Numbered from the stretch's first letter, positions 9,030 to 17,964 are shown. The stretch is 32,000 bases of DNA from Candidatus Saccharimonadota bacterium (GCA_002421785.1 DIRZ01000002.1:360001-392000), one strand, 5' to 3'. Numbers and translations are program-made. The notes: generated by a model not told the origin, from the sequence alone.

Positions 9030-9920
9030 ATGGAACAACTCATAGTGTCTGTAGTGCTTGCATGGCTGGGAACGATGTTTGGTAGTTTTGCGGGTGCCCA
9101 GGTGTGGCGGTTGCGCGCAAAGCAGTTGGTAGAAGATAGGCGTAATGGCGAGTCAGTAAACGCGCAAGAGCTCAAGCAGCTTAAGGGTTTATTACGACCG
9201 GCCATATCGGATAGGTCGGAGTGTTTGCACTGCCATCATGCGCTTGCTTGGTATGATCTTGTGCCACTCGCCAGCTGGGCGGCGCTCCGTGGGCGGTGCC
9301 GGTACTGCTCGCATAGCATTGGGCGCATGGAGCCGCTCATGGAACTCGGAGTGGCTGTGGTATTTGTCACTTCGTACCTCGCCTGGCCTCAGCAGTTAAC
9401 TTCGCCGCTTTCGATTGCGGCGTTTGCGATGTGGCTCATCGCCTGCGTACTGATGGCAATCCTTTTTGCGTATGACGCAAAGTGGTTTTTATTGCCTTTT
9501 GCAATCAATATATTGCTCATTGTGGTCGGGGTCGTGTTCTTTGCGCTATTCGCCCTGAGTGGCGGAAGTGCTGGCGTACCCTTGTGGTCAACCCTGTTAG
9601 CTCTTGGTATTATCGCGGGGTTGTACTACCTCTTTTCCCTAATGGGCTGGTCTGGGCTAGGGGATAGTATATTAGGGATAAGCCTCGCTTTGTTTCTGGT
9701 GGAGTGGCAGCTTGCGTTCCTCGCAGTGTTTTTGGCGAATTTGCTGGGATGCATATTGATTATCCCGTTAGCACTACAGGGTAAATTACACCGTAAGTTG
9801 CACATACCCTTCGGGCCGTTTCTTATCCTTGGAACTATCATCGCGGTGCTGTGGGGCGACAATATCATATTGTTCGGCATGCAAGCGAGTGACGTATTGA
9901 TAACACAGCTTATGCTATAA
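9030..9920 (+). CDS. pilD: prepilin peptidase / N-methyltransferase PilD (peptidase A24)
   Basis: Zinc-type Cys pairs CLHCHH...CRYCSH in the N-terminal domain, polytopic membrane domain, Asp-containing motifs YDAKWFLLP and GLGDSILG. Confidence 0.9.
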   Translation: MEQLIVSVVLAWLGTMFGSFAGAQVWRLRAKQLVEDRRNGESVNAQELKQLKGLLRPAISDRSECLHCHHALAWYDLVPLASWAALRGRCRYCSHSIGRMEPLMELGVAVVFVTSYLAWPQQLTSPLSIAAFAMWLIACVLMAILFAYDAKWFLLPFAINILLIVVGVVFFALFALSGGSAGVPLWSTLLALGIIAGLYYLFSLMGWSGLGDSILGISLALFLVEWQLAFLAVFLANLLGCILIIPLALQGKLHRKLHIPFGPFLILGTIIAVLWGDNIILFGMQASDVLITQLML

Positions 9921-9931
9921 TCGTTGTAGAT

Positions 9932-10699
9932 ATGAAAAAGGGTGCAGCACAGGGGTTCACAATTATCGAAGTCATCCTTTTTTTGGCTGTGACCGGGCTT
10001 ATTATGTCAGTGATGCTTGTCGGTATAGCCAATGGCCTTAATCAAGAGCGGTATCGAGACGCTTCGACCTCGCTCCTTAGCTATTTTAAGGGTCAGTACA
10101 GTGACGTAGTGAACGTCAGCAATAGCCGATCCCAGTATGAGCCATGTATTTCCGGCGGTCCGGCGGATGCCGGTCGCGGGACGAGCGATTGTTTTATTGT
10201 GGGAAAGCTACTCACATCGGTAGTAACGACGGACGCAGGGGGTAATCCGCTCGTCAAATCAATTCAGTCGCGTTCGGTATTCGCCACGACGGAGGTTACG
10301 CCAGATGATGTCTCTGGGTTAACGCCACCTAGTGATATTGATATACTCAAAGACTCTGACTTAATTGTCGGCGATGCGGTTGACACTTATACGCTTGAAT
10401 GGGATACCGCACTCGTCAGGCCGTCAACTGAAACAGCTGGGCCAACAACCTTTAGCTTGCTCATCGTTCGCATGCCAACGAGCGGTGTCGTGCATACGTA
10501 CGTGACGAATGCTGCCGGTAACTCACCGGTTGAAGTACTGAATTCAACGACATCGCCGGCAGAGCCTACGGCTGATCTAAAAACATGTATTGAGCCAGGT
10601 GGTTTAATCAAATCTACTCAGCAGTACACAGGTGTCATCATTGGGGCCAATGCTGCAAATAGTGGCGGAGTCAAGTTTGTGATGGCGGGGGATTGCTAG
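9932..10699 (+). CDS. prepilin-type minor pilin / pseudopilin
   Basis: MKKGAAQG|FTIIEVILFLAVTGLIM N-terminal cleavage/methylation motif. Confidence 0.75.
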   Translation: MKKGAAQGFTIIEVILFLAVTGLIMSVMLVGIANGLNQERYRDASTSLLSYFKGQYSDVVNVSNSRSQYEPCISGGPADAGRGTSDCFIVGKLLTSVVTTDAGGNPLVKSIQSRSVFATTEVTPDDVSGLTPPSDIDILKDSDLIVGDAVDTYTLEWDTALVRPSTETAGPTTFSLLIVRMPTSGVVHTYVTNAAGNSPVEVLNSTTSPAEPTADLKTCIEPGGLIKSTQQYTGVIIGANAANSGGVKFVMAGDC

Positions 10700-10700
10700 T

Positions 10701-11315
10701 ATGTATCGTCGCGCTGAATCTGGTGACACAATCGTCGAAATGGTCATGGCCTTTGCAATTTTTAGTTTTGCGGTAGTCGTGACTATGAGTCTTATGAATA
10801 AGGGAATTGCTTTATCGCAGCAGAGCCTCGAGGTATCGCAAGTTCGACAGCAGATGGATAGTCAGGCTGAGTTGGTCCGATATATCCATGATACGCGTAA
10901 TGTGGCGTGGACAGCACTTGTAGGCACTGATGCCACGCCGGGGAATGGGGATGACAGGATTACAACCAACATTATGCCGTTAACAGGTACGACATGCCCC
11001 ACCTTGGCGACGTTTGTGTCTGCCGCCTATCGCCCCTTCTTTATTACGCCGAATCCAGCAGCACCTGGTACGTTCACGGTATCTTCGCTCAATGCCACGA
11101 GCTACACCCCAGCGAGCACTTACGCAAAGGTCGTCTATCCAACGACAGCTGCGCCGACACCCGTGTCGCAGGGAGTATGGCTGCAAATTGCACTCGCCGA
11201 GGACCAGAATGGTACACTACCCGCCTATGATGTGTATGTTCATGGCTGTTGGGCAACCGCAGGTCAAACATTACCGATGACGCTCGGTACGATTGTGAGG
11301 TTATATGGTAAATAA
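10701..11315 (+). CDS. prepilin-like minor pilin with atypical +1 residue
   Basis: MYRRAESG|DTIVEMVMAFAIFSFAVVV: Gly at -1 and Glu at +5 are conserved, but Asp sits at +1. Confidence 0.6.
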   Translation: MYRRAESGDTIVEMVMAFAIFSFAVVVTMSLMNKGIALSQQSLEVSQVRQQMDSQAELVRYIHDTRNVAWTALVGTDATPGNGDDRITTNIMPLTGTTCPTLATFVSAAYRPFFITPNPAAPGTFTVSSLNATSYTPASTYAKVVYPTTAAPTPVSQGVWLQIALAEDQNGTLPAYDVYVHGCWATAGQTLPMTLGTIVRLYGK

Positions 11316-12024
11316 ACGCCGTTATGGATTTACGCTCGTAGAGTTGTCTCTCGTCATGGCATTCTTCTCTATATTACTCATGGGAATTTTAACGGTGACG
11401 CTCCATATAGGCAAACTCTATACGAAAGGCATGACGAATAAATCTCTCAATTCGATAGGCAGGGATGTTACTGACACACTTCGACGAGATTTTGCCGCCG
11501 CGGACGCAACTCGCATTTCAGGCACGTCTACATCGAGTGTACTGCTGGAGGGGTCGACAAATCGCCGGGGGCGAGTTTGCCTAGGTAACGTGTCGTATGT
11601 ATGGAATACGGTGGGGTTACTAAACGGCTCAGATGCGACAACAAGTGCGGTGACGATGGGCACATCTAAGGTAAAACTAGCGCGCGTTGTCGATACAACA
11701 AAAAGCTACTGTGTTATGACGAGTGGGCGATATCCATCTACTATTCCTTCAACCGCAACTGCGTCAGACTTGCTGAGCGGGGGGGATACGGCATACAAAA
11801 GAGATTATGCAATCTATGATTTTACCATAACCCCTGCGGCGGTAGTGGGCGATAACGGAATTTATCGAGTGAAGTTTACTATCGGTACCTACGACCCGAA
11901 TACCACGAGTACTGTTGGTGGTGTTGTCGAGTGCCGACCACCGACGACGGCTGGTTCAAACTTTGAGTATTGTTCGGTTGCGGATTTTGATACATTTGTA
12001 CGCGTAGGAGGCGAAAAACAATGA
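11305..12024 (+). CDS. prepilin-type minor pilin
   Basis: MVNKRRYG|FTLVELSLVMAFFSILLMG. RBS GTGAGG. Overlaps the upstream gene by 11 nt. Confidence 0.75.
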   Translation: MVNKRRYGFTLVELSLVMAFFSILLMGILTVTLHIGKLYTKGMTNKSLNSIGRDVTDTLRRDFAAADATRISGTSTSSVLLEGSTNRRGRVCLGNVSYVWNTVGLLNGSDATTSAVTMGTSKVKLARVVDTTKSYCVMTSGRYPSTIPSTATASDLLSGGDTAYKRDYAIYDFTITPAAVVGDNGIYRVKFTIGTYDPNTTSTVGGVVECRPPTTAGSNFEYCSVADFDTFVRVGGEKQ

Positions 12025-13229
12025 CGTATATACCACACACTAGGCGGGCAGAACAAGGCGCTACGGCACTGCTTATTGTTATCTTCTCGGTTCTCCTCTT
12101 TATTGTCGTATCGGTTGGATTCATGCGCACAATGGTTCAGGACCAGCAAGAATCCACTGATTCAGAATTATCCCAAGGCGCATACGACTCTGCGCTGGCC
12201 GGTATTGAGGACGGCAAGCGTGCGCTGGCGCTTTGCGTGCAGCAGGGTAATCAGGCGGCTTGCGACACGTTGGACGCCAAAGAGTGTACGACCGTGAGCG
12301 ATGCGGGCATTGTAAACGTAACGGGCGGTGAGACGATAGTAAAGACCTCAACCGCATCGGGCTCTGCTGGTTCGGATTACCAACAAGCATATACTTGCGT
12401 GAAGGTATCTCGCAATACTGCTGACTACGTAGGCACTATTGGTGCAGATAACTCACGGATAATTCCGCTCCGTGTTCAGAGTACTGCATCTTTCGATACA
12501 ATTGAACTTTCTTGGTACGCGCCAGCAACAGGGCAGGCTGCGCGTGTCGTCACACTTCCTACCGGCGCTGCGGCAGCCGATCGTCGATTCACAACGCTTG
12601 CGGGCTGGGGTGGAGCGAGCCCTAATACGCGGCCACCTGTTATGCGTGCCCAGTTAATGCAGTTCACTAAAGATAACGTCAAACTCCGTGATTTCGACGA
12701 GAACGCGAACGCCCATACGTTGTACCTTTATCCTTCAACCGCCGCCTCTCCTACGGTGTCTTTCGCCGGTGATGGCCGTCGAACCGGTTCGCAGGTGCCT
12801 GTCGGTGCTCCTTGCACGACGTCTCCTGCTGCTAGCCCTGTCGCTCCAATCGATTCATACTATTGTCATGTGAGGATCACTGTCCCTGATGCGCTACGGT
12901 CGAATCCTAGTCTTTCTAATACAGATAAGCTTGCGTATTTACGACTCACCACGATGTATGGCGCGACAGATTTCCGAATCAAATTATATAAAGGCCCTGA
13001 CCTCGTCGAATTTTACGGGGTTCAGCCCACAATCGATGCAACCGGCCGGGCGGGCGACGTCTTCCGTCGTGTGCTCGCACATGTTGAACTGGCCGATCCG
13101 ATGGCCGACGCTAATCTGTATCCTCGGGCTACAGTTGACCTCACAAATAATTTTTGCAAAGTACTCTTTGTCACGAATAATGCGAGTGATTATGACGCTG
13201 GCACTGGTGTCTGCAACCCCGCTCTCTAG
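12021..13229 (+). CDS. PilX-N-like large pilus-associated protein (candidate tip/adhesin subunit)
   Basis: 402 aa. The N-terminus RRAEQGATALLIVIFSVLLFIVVSVGF resembles the PilX N-terminal hydrophobic segment but has no Glu at +5. ATGA overlap with the upstream minor pilin. Confidence 0.55.
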   Translation: MTYIPHTRRAEQGATALLIVIFSVLLFIVVSVGFMRTMVQDQQESTDSELSQGAYDSALAGIEDGKRALALCVQQGNQAACDTLDAKECTTVSDAGIVNVTGGETIVKTSTASGSAGSDYQQAYTCVKVSRNTADYVGTIGADNSRIIPLRVQSTASFDTIELSWYAPATGQAARVVTLPTGAAAADRRFTTLAGWGGASPNTRPPVMRAQLMQFTKDNVKLRDFDENANAHTLYLYPSTAASPTVSFAGDGRRTGSQVPVGAPCTTSPAASPVAPIDSYYCHVRITVPDALRSNPSLSNTDKLAYLRLTTMYGATDFRIKLYKGPDLVEFYGVQPTIDATGRAGDVFRRVLAHVELADPMADANLYPRATVDLTNNFCKVLFVTNNASDYDAGTGVCNPAL

Positions 13230-13236
13230 TTATCTC

Positions 13237-14145
13237 CTAAGAATGAAACTTTTCGTAGACTTCGCGTAAGTGTGCGTCAGTGACATGGGTATAGACTTGA
13301 GTGGTACTGATGTTGCTGTGCCCGAGCATCGATTGCACGCTTCGGATATCTGCCCCATTCATAAGGAGGTCAGTGGCAAAGCTGTGGCGCATGGTGTGAG
13401 GGCTTACGTGCTTGGTAATACCCGCTAGCTTAGCGTATTTGCTGATAAGTCGCTGGATACTGCGCGGCGTGAGCCTACGGTAGTCTCCTGAGGAATCTGC
13501 AATGTTATTGCGACTATAGTTCAGAAAGAGGGGCGCAAGTGAGTCACTGCGTGCTGCAAGGTACGCCTCTACGTGGTCGGCAGCCGATTCACTAATGAAA
13601 ATCGGCCTATCTTTTTGACCTTTTCCGCGAACCATGAACTCGCGCCGTTTTGTATTGATGTGGCCGCGATCAAGGTTCACAAGTTCAGACACGCGCAGCC
13701 CACTAGAAAAAAGTAACTCTAGGATGGCCCTATCGCGGAGATGCTGGGGAGTGTCATCGGCTGGCACCGCATCAAGCATTTGCTCAACTTCGTCGAAATG
13801 CAGGAAGGTCACTTGTTTGCGATGAGTTTTCGGTAGGTCGATTTTATCTGGGCTGAGTGACGGTATGTCTCGCTTTGATAAGTACCCGAGGAACCCACGC
13901 ATCGCAATAAGGTGGTAGTTCTGAGTGATAAGTGCAAGCTCATCGCCGTACTCACTAGTGTAGCGGTTGAGCCACAGACGGTATTTACGAATCAATTCGC
14001 TCGTTATTTTATCAACAGTAATAAGTCCTGCAAACTCAATAAAACGTTCGAGGTAGCGACGATAGTTTTCGGCCGTTTTCGCAGAGCGTCCGCGCTCGAC
14101 TTCAATGTGTTCGACGTAATCGATGATGAGTTCGGACATATCCAT
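13237..14145 (-). CDS. tyrosine site-specific recombinase, XerC/XerD family
   Basis: N-terminal SAM-like domain (VERGRSAKTAENYRRYL). C-terminal catalytic motifs HTMRHSFATDLL and LGHSNISTTQVYTHV. Start is ATG 14145 or 14139 (GGAGTATGGATATG). Confidence 0.88.
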   Translation of the reverse strand: MDMSELIIDYVEHIEVERGRSAKTAENYRRYLERFIEFAGLITVDKITSELIRKYRLWLNRYTSEYGDELALITQNYHLIAMRGFLGYLSKRDIPSLSPDKIDLPKTHRKQVTFLHFDEVEQMLDAVPADDTPQHLRDRAILELLFSSGLRVSELVNLDRGHINTKRREFMVRGKGQKDRPIFISESAADHVEAYLAARSDSLAPLFLNYSRNNIADSSGDYRRLTPRSIQRLISKYAKLAGITKHVSPHTMRHSFATDLLMNGADIRSVQSMLGHSNISTTQVYTHVTDAHLREVYEKFHS

Positions 14146-14191
14146 ACTCCTAGCATAGCGTACGCGGCGCAAAAAGGGTATAATGTTGCTA

Positions 14192-15004
14192 ATGGATATG
14201 GCTAGTGCACAAACCGTTCTTCTTGGCCTGGCTCAGGGCCTAACCGAGTTTATACCCGTCAGTAGTTCCGGCCATCTTGTCATCATACAGCATGTTATGT
14301 CGGGGGCATCTGACCATCTATTCCTTGAGTACATAAATATCGGAACGTTGCTCGCGCTCATAGTGCACTATCGTCATAGAATTGTCGATATTCTGCGTGA
14401 TATTTTCGAACACAAAAATTATTCACTATTCATTAATATTATTTTAACCTCTATCCCTGCTGGCCTTGCAGGATTCTTTTTAGCGGATGCCATTGAAAAC
14501 AGCAGATTCTTCGGAAGTCTGACCGTCGTACTTATCACTTTGACTGTTGTTGGTGTATTGATGATAATCCTGGACAAGCTACCCAGATTGTCAAAGGTTG
14601 CGTCCGGTGAATCACTGTCATGGAAGCGAGCTTTGGGAATCGGTATTGCACAAATGTGCGCGCTTGTGCCAGGTGTTTCGCGTTCCGGCTCAACCATCAT
14701 CGCCGGAAGAATCGCAGGATTATCTCATCGTGATGCGGCAGAGTATAGCTTCCTAGCTTCGTTGCCGATTATGATAGCAGTTACTCTCAAGCTGCTTATA
14801 TCTTCAGACGACAGGCTGTACTTTGTGGAAAATGCGCCAATGCTGCTTCTCGGGAACCTTGTCGCTTTTATTGCGGGGCTCCTGGCTATACGATTCTTGC
14901 TGAATTATCTGAGTAAGCACGGACTGGGGTTGTTCGGATGGTATCGGCTTGGGCTCGCTGGTATAGTGTCTGTCGTTCTTCTTGTGCAATATTTGTTACA
15001 ATAA
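14192..15004 (+). CDS. uppP: undecaprenyl-diphosphate phosphatase
   Basis: GLTEFIPVSSSGHLVI and PGVSRSGSTI motifs, polytopic membrane protein. Start is placed at ATG 14192, 7 nt after TATAAT (14179-14184). Confidence 0.9.
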   Translation: MDMASAQTVLLGLAQGLTEFIPVSSSGHLVIIQHVMSGASDHLFLEYINIGTLLALIVHYRHRIVDILRDIFEHKNYSLFINIILTSIPAGLAGFFLADAIENSRFFGSLTVVLITLTVVGVLMIILDKLPRLSKVASGESLSWKRALGIGIAQMCALVPGVSRSGSTIIAGRIAGLSHRDAAEYSFLASLPIMIAVTLKLLISSDDRLYFVENAPMLLLGNLVAFIAGLLAIRFLLNYLSKHGLGLFGWYRLGLAGIVSVVLLVQYLLQ

Positions 15005-15027
15005 AACCATAACAGTAGAGGAGTGCC

Positions 15028-15534
15028 ATGCAAACATCAGTAGAACGAACTCTCATCGTATTCAAACCCGACGCAGTTCAGCGAGGGATTGTTGGTGAGA
15101 TTTTATCGCGATTCGAGAAAGTTGGATTAAAAATTGTCGCAACAAAAATGATTGCTCCGACCAAGGACCATTACTACAGGCACTATGAAGAGATTGGCAA
15201 AATGATTACGCGACGAGGCAAGTCTACCTTCGACATTACGTTAGAAATGATGGTGCAGGGTCCTGTTATCGCGATGGTGCTTGAAGGTGTCGAAGCAGTG
15301 GCGTTAGTTCGCAAGCTCGTTGGCACGACTGAGCCCAAAAGCGCCCTGCCTGGTACCATTAGGGGTGATTTCTCCCACATGAGCTTTGGTTATGCAGATA
15401 ATGAAAGCAAAGGCATTCCAAACTTAATTCATGCAAGCGGCGATGCCAAAGAGGCAGAGCAGGAAATCAGCCACTGGTTCAGTGACGATGAACTCTATGA
15501 CTACAATGTATTGAATGAGAAGTTTACTCGTTAA
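15028..15534 (+). CDS. ndk: nucleoside-diphosphate kinase
   Basis: ERTLIVFKPDAVQRGIVGEI and NLIHASGDAKEAEQEISHWF (catalytic His). RBS GAGGAG. Confidence 0.9.
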   Translation: MQTSVERTLIVFKPDAVQRGIVGEILSRFEKVGLKIVATKMIAPTKDHYYRHYEEIGKMITRRGKSTFDITLEMMVQGPVIAMVLEGVEAVALVRKLVGTTEPKSALPGTIRGDFSHMSFGYADNESKGIPNLIHASGDAKEAEQEISHWFSDDELYDYNVLNEKFTR

Positions 15535-15546
15535 CAGGGGTAACTG

Positions 15547-15555
15547 TGGTATACT
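15547..15555 (+). promoter_or_regulatory. extended -10 element (TGgTATACT) for the tRNA-Arg transcript
   Basis: Lies immediately after the ndk stop and about 9 nt before the tRNA 5' end. Confidence 0.5.
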
Positions 15556-15564
15556 GGGGCATAT

Positions 15565-15641
15565 GCCTCGGTAGCTCAACTGGATAGAGCAGATCCGTCC
15601 TAAGGATAAGGTTGTAGGTTCAACTCCTGCCCGGGGTACCA
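15565..15641 (+). tRNA. tRNA-Arg (anticodon CCT), CCA encoded
   Basis: Hand-folded cloverleaf: acceptor GCCTCGG/CCGGGGT, D arm GCTC-AACTGGATA-GAGC, anticodon arm GATCC-GTCCTAA-GGATA, T arm GTAGG-TTCAACT-CCTGC, then A-CCA. Confidence 0.85.
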
Positions 15642-15645
15642 AAAT

Positions 15646-16191
15646 ATGAGCAATACAGAAGAAAAGCAGCAACAAGAGTTTGAAGGACAGCACGAGGGTG
15701 AGGCGCTCCTATTCGTGTTCCGTCGCCATATCATTGCGATGCGTAAAGGATTTTATTCTTTACTGATCCCATTTGCTCTCAGTTCCATCCCTCCGCTTAT
15801 TTGGCAGACAAACCTTGAGCTTTTTTTGCTTCCTATAGCAGGCCTTACTATCGGATTACTCCTTTTTTCATACCACTTCATCATGTGGTATTTCACCGTG
15901 TACATTGTGTCGAATGAGCGCATACGTCAGGTTACTCAGCGGGGGATATTTGGGAAGGACGTTGTTGAGCTGCGCCTATCAAAAATCCAAAACATAAGCT
16001 ATAATATACCAGGATTCACAGGTGAAATCTTCAAGTTTGGTACGATTGTCATACAGACGTTCGTAGGAGACCTCGTCATTCATAATGTCGAGCACCCGAG
16101 TGAGATATATAACAAACTACAGGATGCTGTTCACCAGGCAACCAAGGATTCGCCACAAGAAAATGGATATGAAGAAGTTACGGATCAATAA
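15646..16191 (+). CDS. membrane protein with bacterial PH-like (YdbS/YdbT-type) domain
   Basis: Two TM helices followed by NERIRQVTQRGIFGKDVVELRLSKIQNISY...GTIVIQT, typical of bPH_2-type domains. ATG lies 4 nt after the tRNA CCA end. Confidence 0.6.
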   Translation: MSNTEEKQQQEFEGQHEGEALLFVFRRHIIAMRKGFYSLLIPFALSSIPPLIWQTNLELFLLPIAGLTIGLLLFSYHFIMWYFTVYIVSNERIRQVTQRGIFGKDVVELRLSKIQNISYNIPGFTGEIFKFGTIVIQTFVGDLVIHNVEHPSEIYNKLQDAVHQATKDSPQENGYEEVTDQ

Positions 16192-17218
16192 GTTACGCCG
16201 CAAGCAGCCTGAGGCGCCGTCGCGTATTACGAATGAAACAGTGGCCGAGCATCGTGAGAAAATCTTGGCGGGTGGTCGTAAATTTAAATATCCCATCCAG
16301 TATGCGCGCCACAAGCTTGTGATTAACGCGCTACTCGTGACACTAGTTTCGTTTACGCTGTTATTTATTGTCGCATGGCATCAGCTCTATATCGCGCAGA
16401 ACTCCAGCACACTTATGTATCGGGTGACGCGGCTTATCCCTGTGCCGGTTGCAAATGTCGATGGCGAAATGGTCCCCTATAACGATTATCTATCGCGACT
16501 GCGCTTCAATGAGTTCTGGCTCCGTAAGTATGGCGATGTAAAGCTTGATTCCAAGGATGGTCAAACGCAGCTCGCTTATATTAAACGACAAGTTCTGAAT
16601 ACGGCGATACAGGATGCGTATGCCAAGAAGCTTGCCCCGCAACACGGTGTTACCGTGAGCGATAAAGAAATTGATGACACAATTTTACAGCAACGATATA
16701 CAGCAAGTGGCCAAATTTCTGAAGAAACGTACTACTCGGCGCTTCAAATGACGAACGGTTGGTCGAAAGACGACCTGGTGACGTCGTTGCGTCGAACGTT
16801 GCTGCGCAACAAGGTTGCGTTTGCTATTGATACGAAGGCGTCCAAGCAGGCGGAAGAAGCGGCAAAATTAGTCGCATCGACCAACGGTGATTTTCCTAAA
16901 GTAGCAGAGCAGCTTGCGTCGCTTCCGGGTGCAAAAATGACAGCAAGAAACTCTGATCTCGTTAATACCGTAAGTACGTTTGGTGGGCTGCAGGTGTCCG
17001 AAGTGGCAAAGCTCGAAAAAGGACAGGTGTCTAGTGTTATCAAGAGCAGTACTGATGACGGTTATTATTTTGTAAAGGTCATAGACAAGACCGATACCCA
17101 AGTGAGTTTTAGCTACTTGCATATTCCTTTGACAATGTTTAGCGAAAGTCTGTCCAAACTGAAAAAGGATGGCAAGATTACTGAATATATCAAAGTTGCC
17201 GAGCAGAAACAGTCTTAA
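16163..17218 (+). CDS. membrane-anchored PpiD/SurA-N-like periplasmic chaperone (possible degenerate PPIase)
   Basis: Basic N-terminus, one TM helix (LVINALLVTLVSFTLLFIVAW), SurA_N-like region, and a C-terminal G..QVSSVIKSSTDDGYYFVKVIDK segment resembling a parvulin end. The start (16163 or 16169) overlaps the upstream gene. Confidence 0.5.
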   Translation: MDMKKLRINKLRRKQPEAPSRITNETVAEHREKILAGGRKFKYPIQYARHKLVINALLVTLVSFTLLFIVAWHQLYIAQNSSTLMYRVTRLIPVPVANVDGEMVPYNDYLSRLRFNEFWLRKYGDVKLDSKDGQTQLAYIKRQVLNTAIQDAYAKKLAPQHGVTVSDKEIDDTILQQRYTASGQISEETYYSALQMTNGWSKDDLVTSLRRTLLRNKVAFAIDTKASKQAEEAAKLVASTNGDFPKVAEQLASLPGAKMTARNSDLVNTVSTFGGLQVSEVAKLEKGQVSSVIKSSTDDGYYFVKVIDKTDTQVSFSYLHIPLTMFSESLSKLKKDGKITEYIKVAEQKQS

Positions 17219-17232
17219 TAAAAAGGAGGCAT

Positions 17233-17838
17233 ATGCATACGCTGCCACAATTACCCTACGACTATAACGCGCTTGCGCCTACTATCAGCGAACAGATAAT
17301 GAGGTTGCATCATAGCAAGCACCATCAGACATACGTCGATAAGCTTAACGCTGCACTCCAGCAAGTACCAGAGCTTGAGTCGACGCCTTTGCGTGTTTTG
17401 CTTGGAGATTTAGCCTCGGTACCTGAGGCGATTCGCACGGCAGTGCGCAATCACGGTGGTGGTCACTATAATCATAGTTTATTCTGGCAGTGTATGTCCC
17501 CTAATGGCGGGGGCGAGCCTCAGGGGCCACTTGGCGACGCAATACGTGCAAAGTGGGGAAGCTTCGATGCGTTTATCGAAGAATTTAATACAAAAGCACT
17601 TGGTTTGTTTGGAAGTGGCTGGGTATGGCTTACCTATGATCTCGATATTGTAGCGCTGCCAAATCAGGACACCCCTATGGCGGAAGGAAAGGGTGAGCCG
17701 CTCATGGGGTTGGATGTTTGGGAGCACGCGTATTACCTTGACTACACGAGTAAACGTGACGAATACATCAAACAGTGGTGGAGCGTCGTTAACTGGACAT
17801 TTATAGAAGAACGGTTCGCTACCATCGCCGACCTGTAA
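17233..17838 (+). CDS. sodA: Fe/Mn superoxide dismutase
   Basis: LPQLPYDYNALAPTIS, HHSKHHQTYV, DVWEHAYYLDY. RBS AAGGAGG. Confidence 0.93.
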   Translation: MHTLPQLPYDYNALAPTISEQIMRLHHSKHHQTYVDKLNAALQQVPELESTPLRVLLGDLASVPEAIRTAVRNHGGGHYNHSLFWQCMSPNGGGEPQGPLGDAIRAKWGSFDAFIEEFNTKALGLFGSGWVWLTYDLDIVALPNQDTPMAEGKGEPLMGLDVWEHAYYLDYTSKRDEYIKQWWSVVNWTFIEERFATIADL

Positions 17839-17886
17839 CGGAATGCGACCAAATAAATAACCCACCAGAAGGTGAGTGACTTATTG

Positions 17887-17964
17887 TGGCGCGCCCGACC
17901 GGATTCGAACCGGCGATCTCCTCCGTGACAGGGAGGCGTGATAGACCAGCTTCACTACGAGCGC
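17887..17964 (-). tRNA. tRNA-Asp (anticodon GTC), CCA encoded
   Basis: Reverse complement folds as GCGCTCG-TA-GTGA..TCAC-G-CCTCC-CTGTCAC-GGAGG-AGATC-GCCGG-TTCGAAT-CCGGT-CGGGCGC-G-CCA. Confidence 0.9.

Noticed and set aside
13237-14172. The tyrosine recombinase as an integrase marking the pilus locus as a mobile island
   Set aside because: It has the XerC/XerD domain layout and size. There are no flanking direct repeats, no tRNA-adjacent att site, no phage or IS genes, and no visible compositional break. I treated it as the chromosomal dimer-resolution recombinase.
15424-15693. 89-aa minus-strand ORF; likewise the 68-aa ORF at 20874-21080
   Set aside because: They read through tRNA-Arg and tRNA-Val respectively. 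The peptide segments such as GVEPTT and GSNPISP are typical antisense or tRNA-derived translations. They are not genes.
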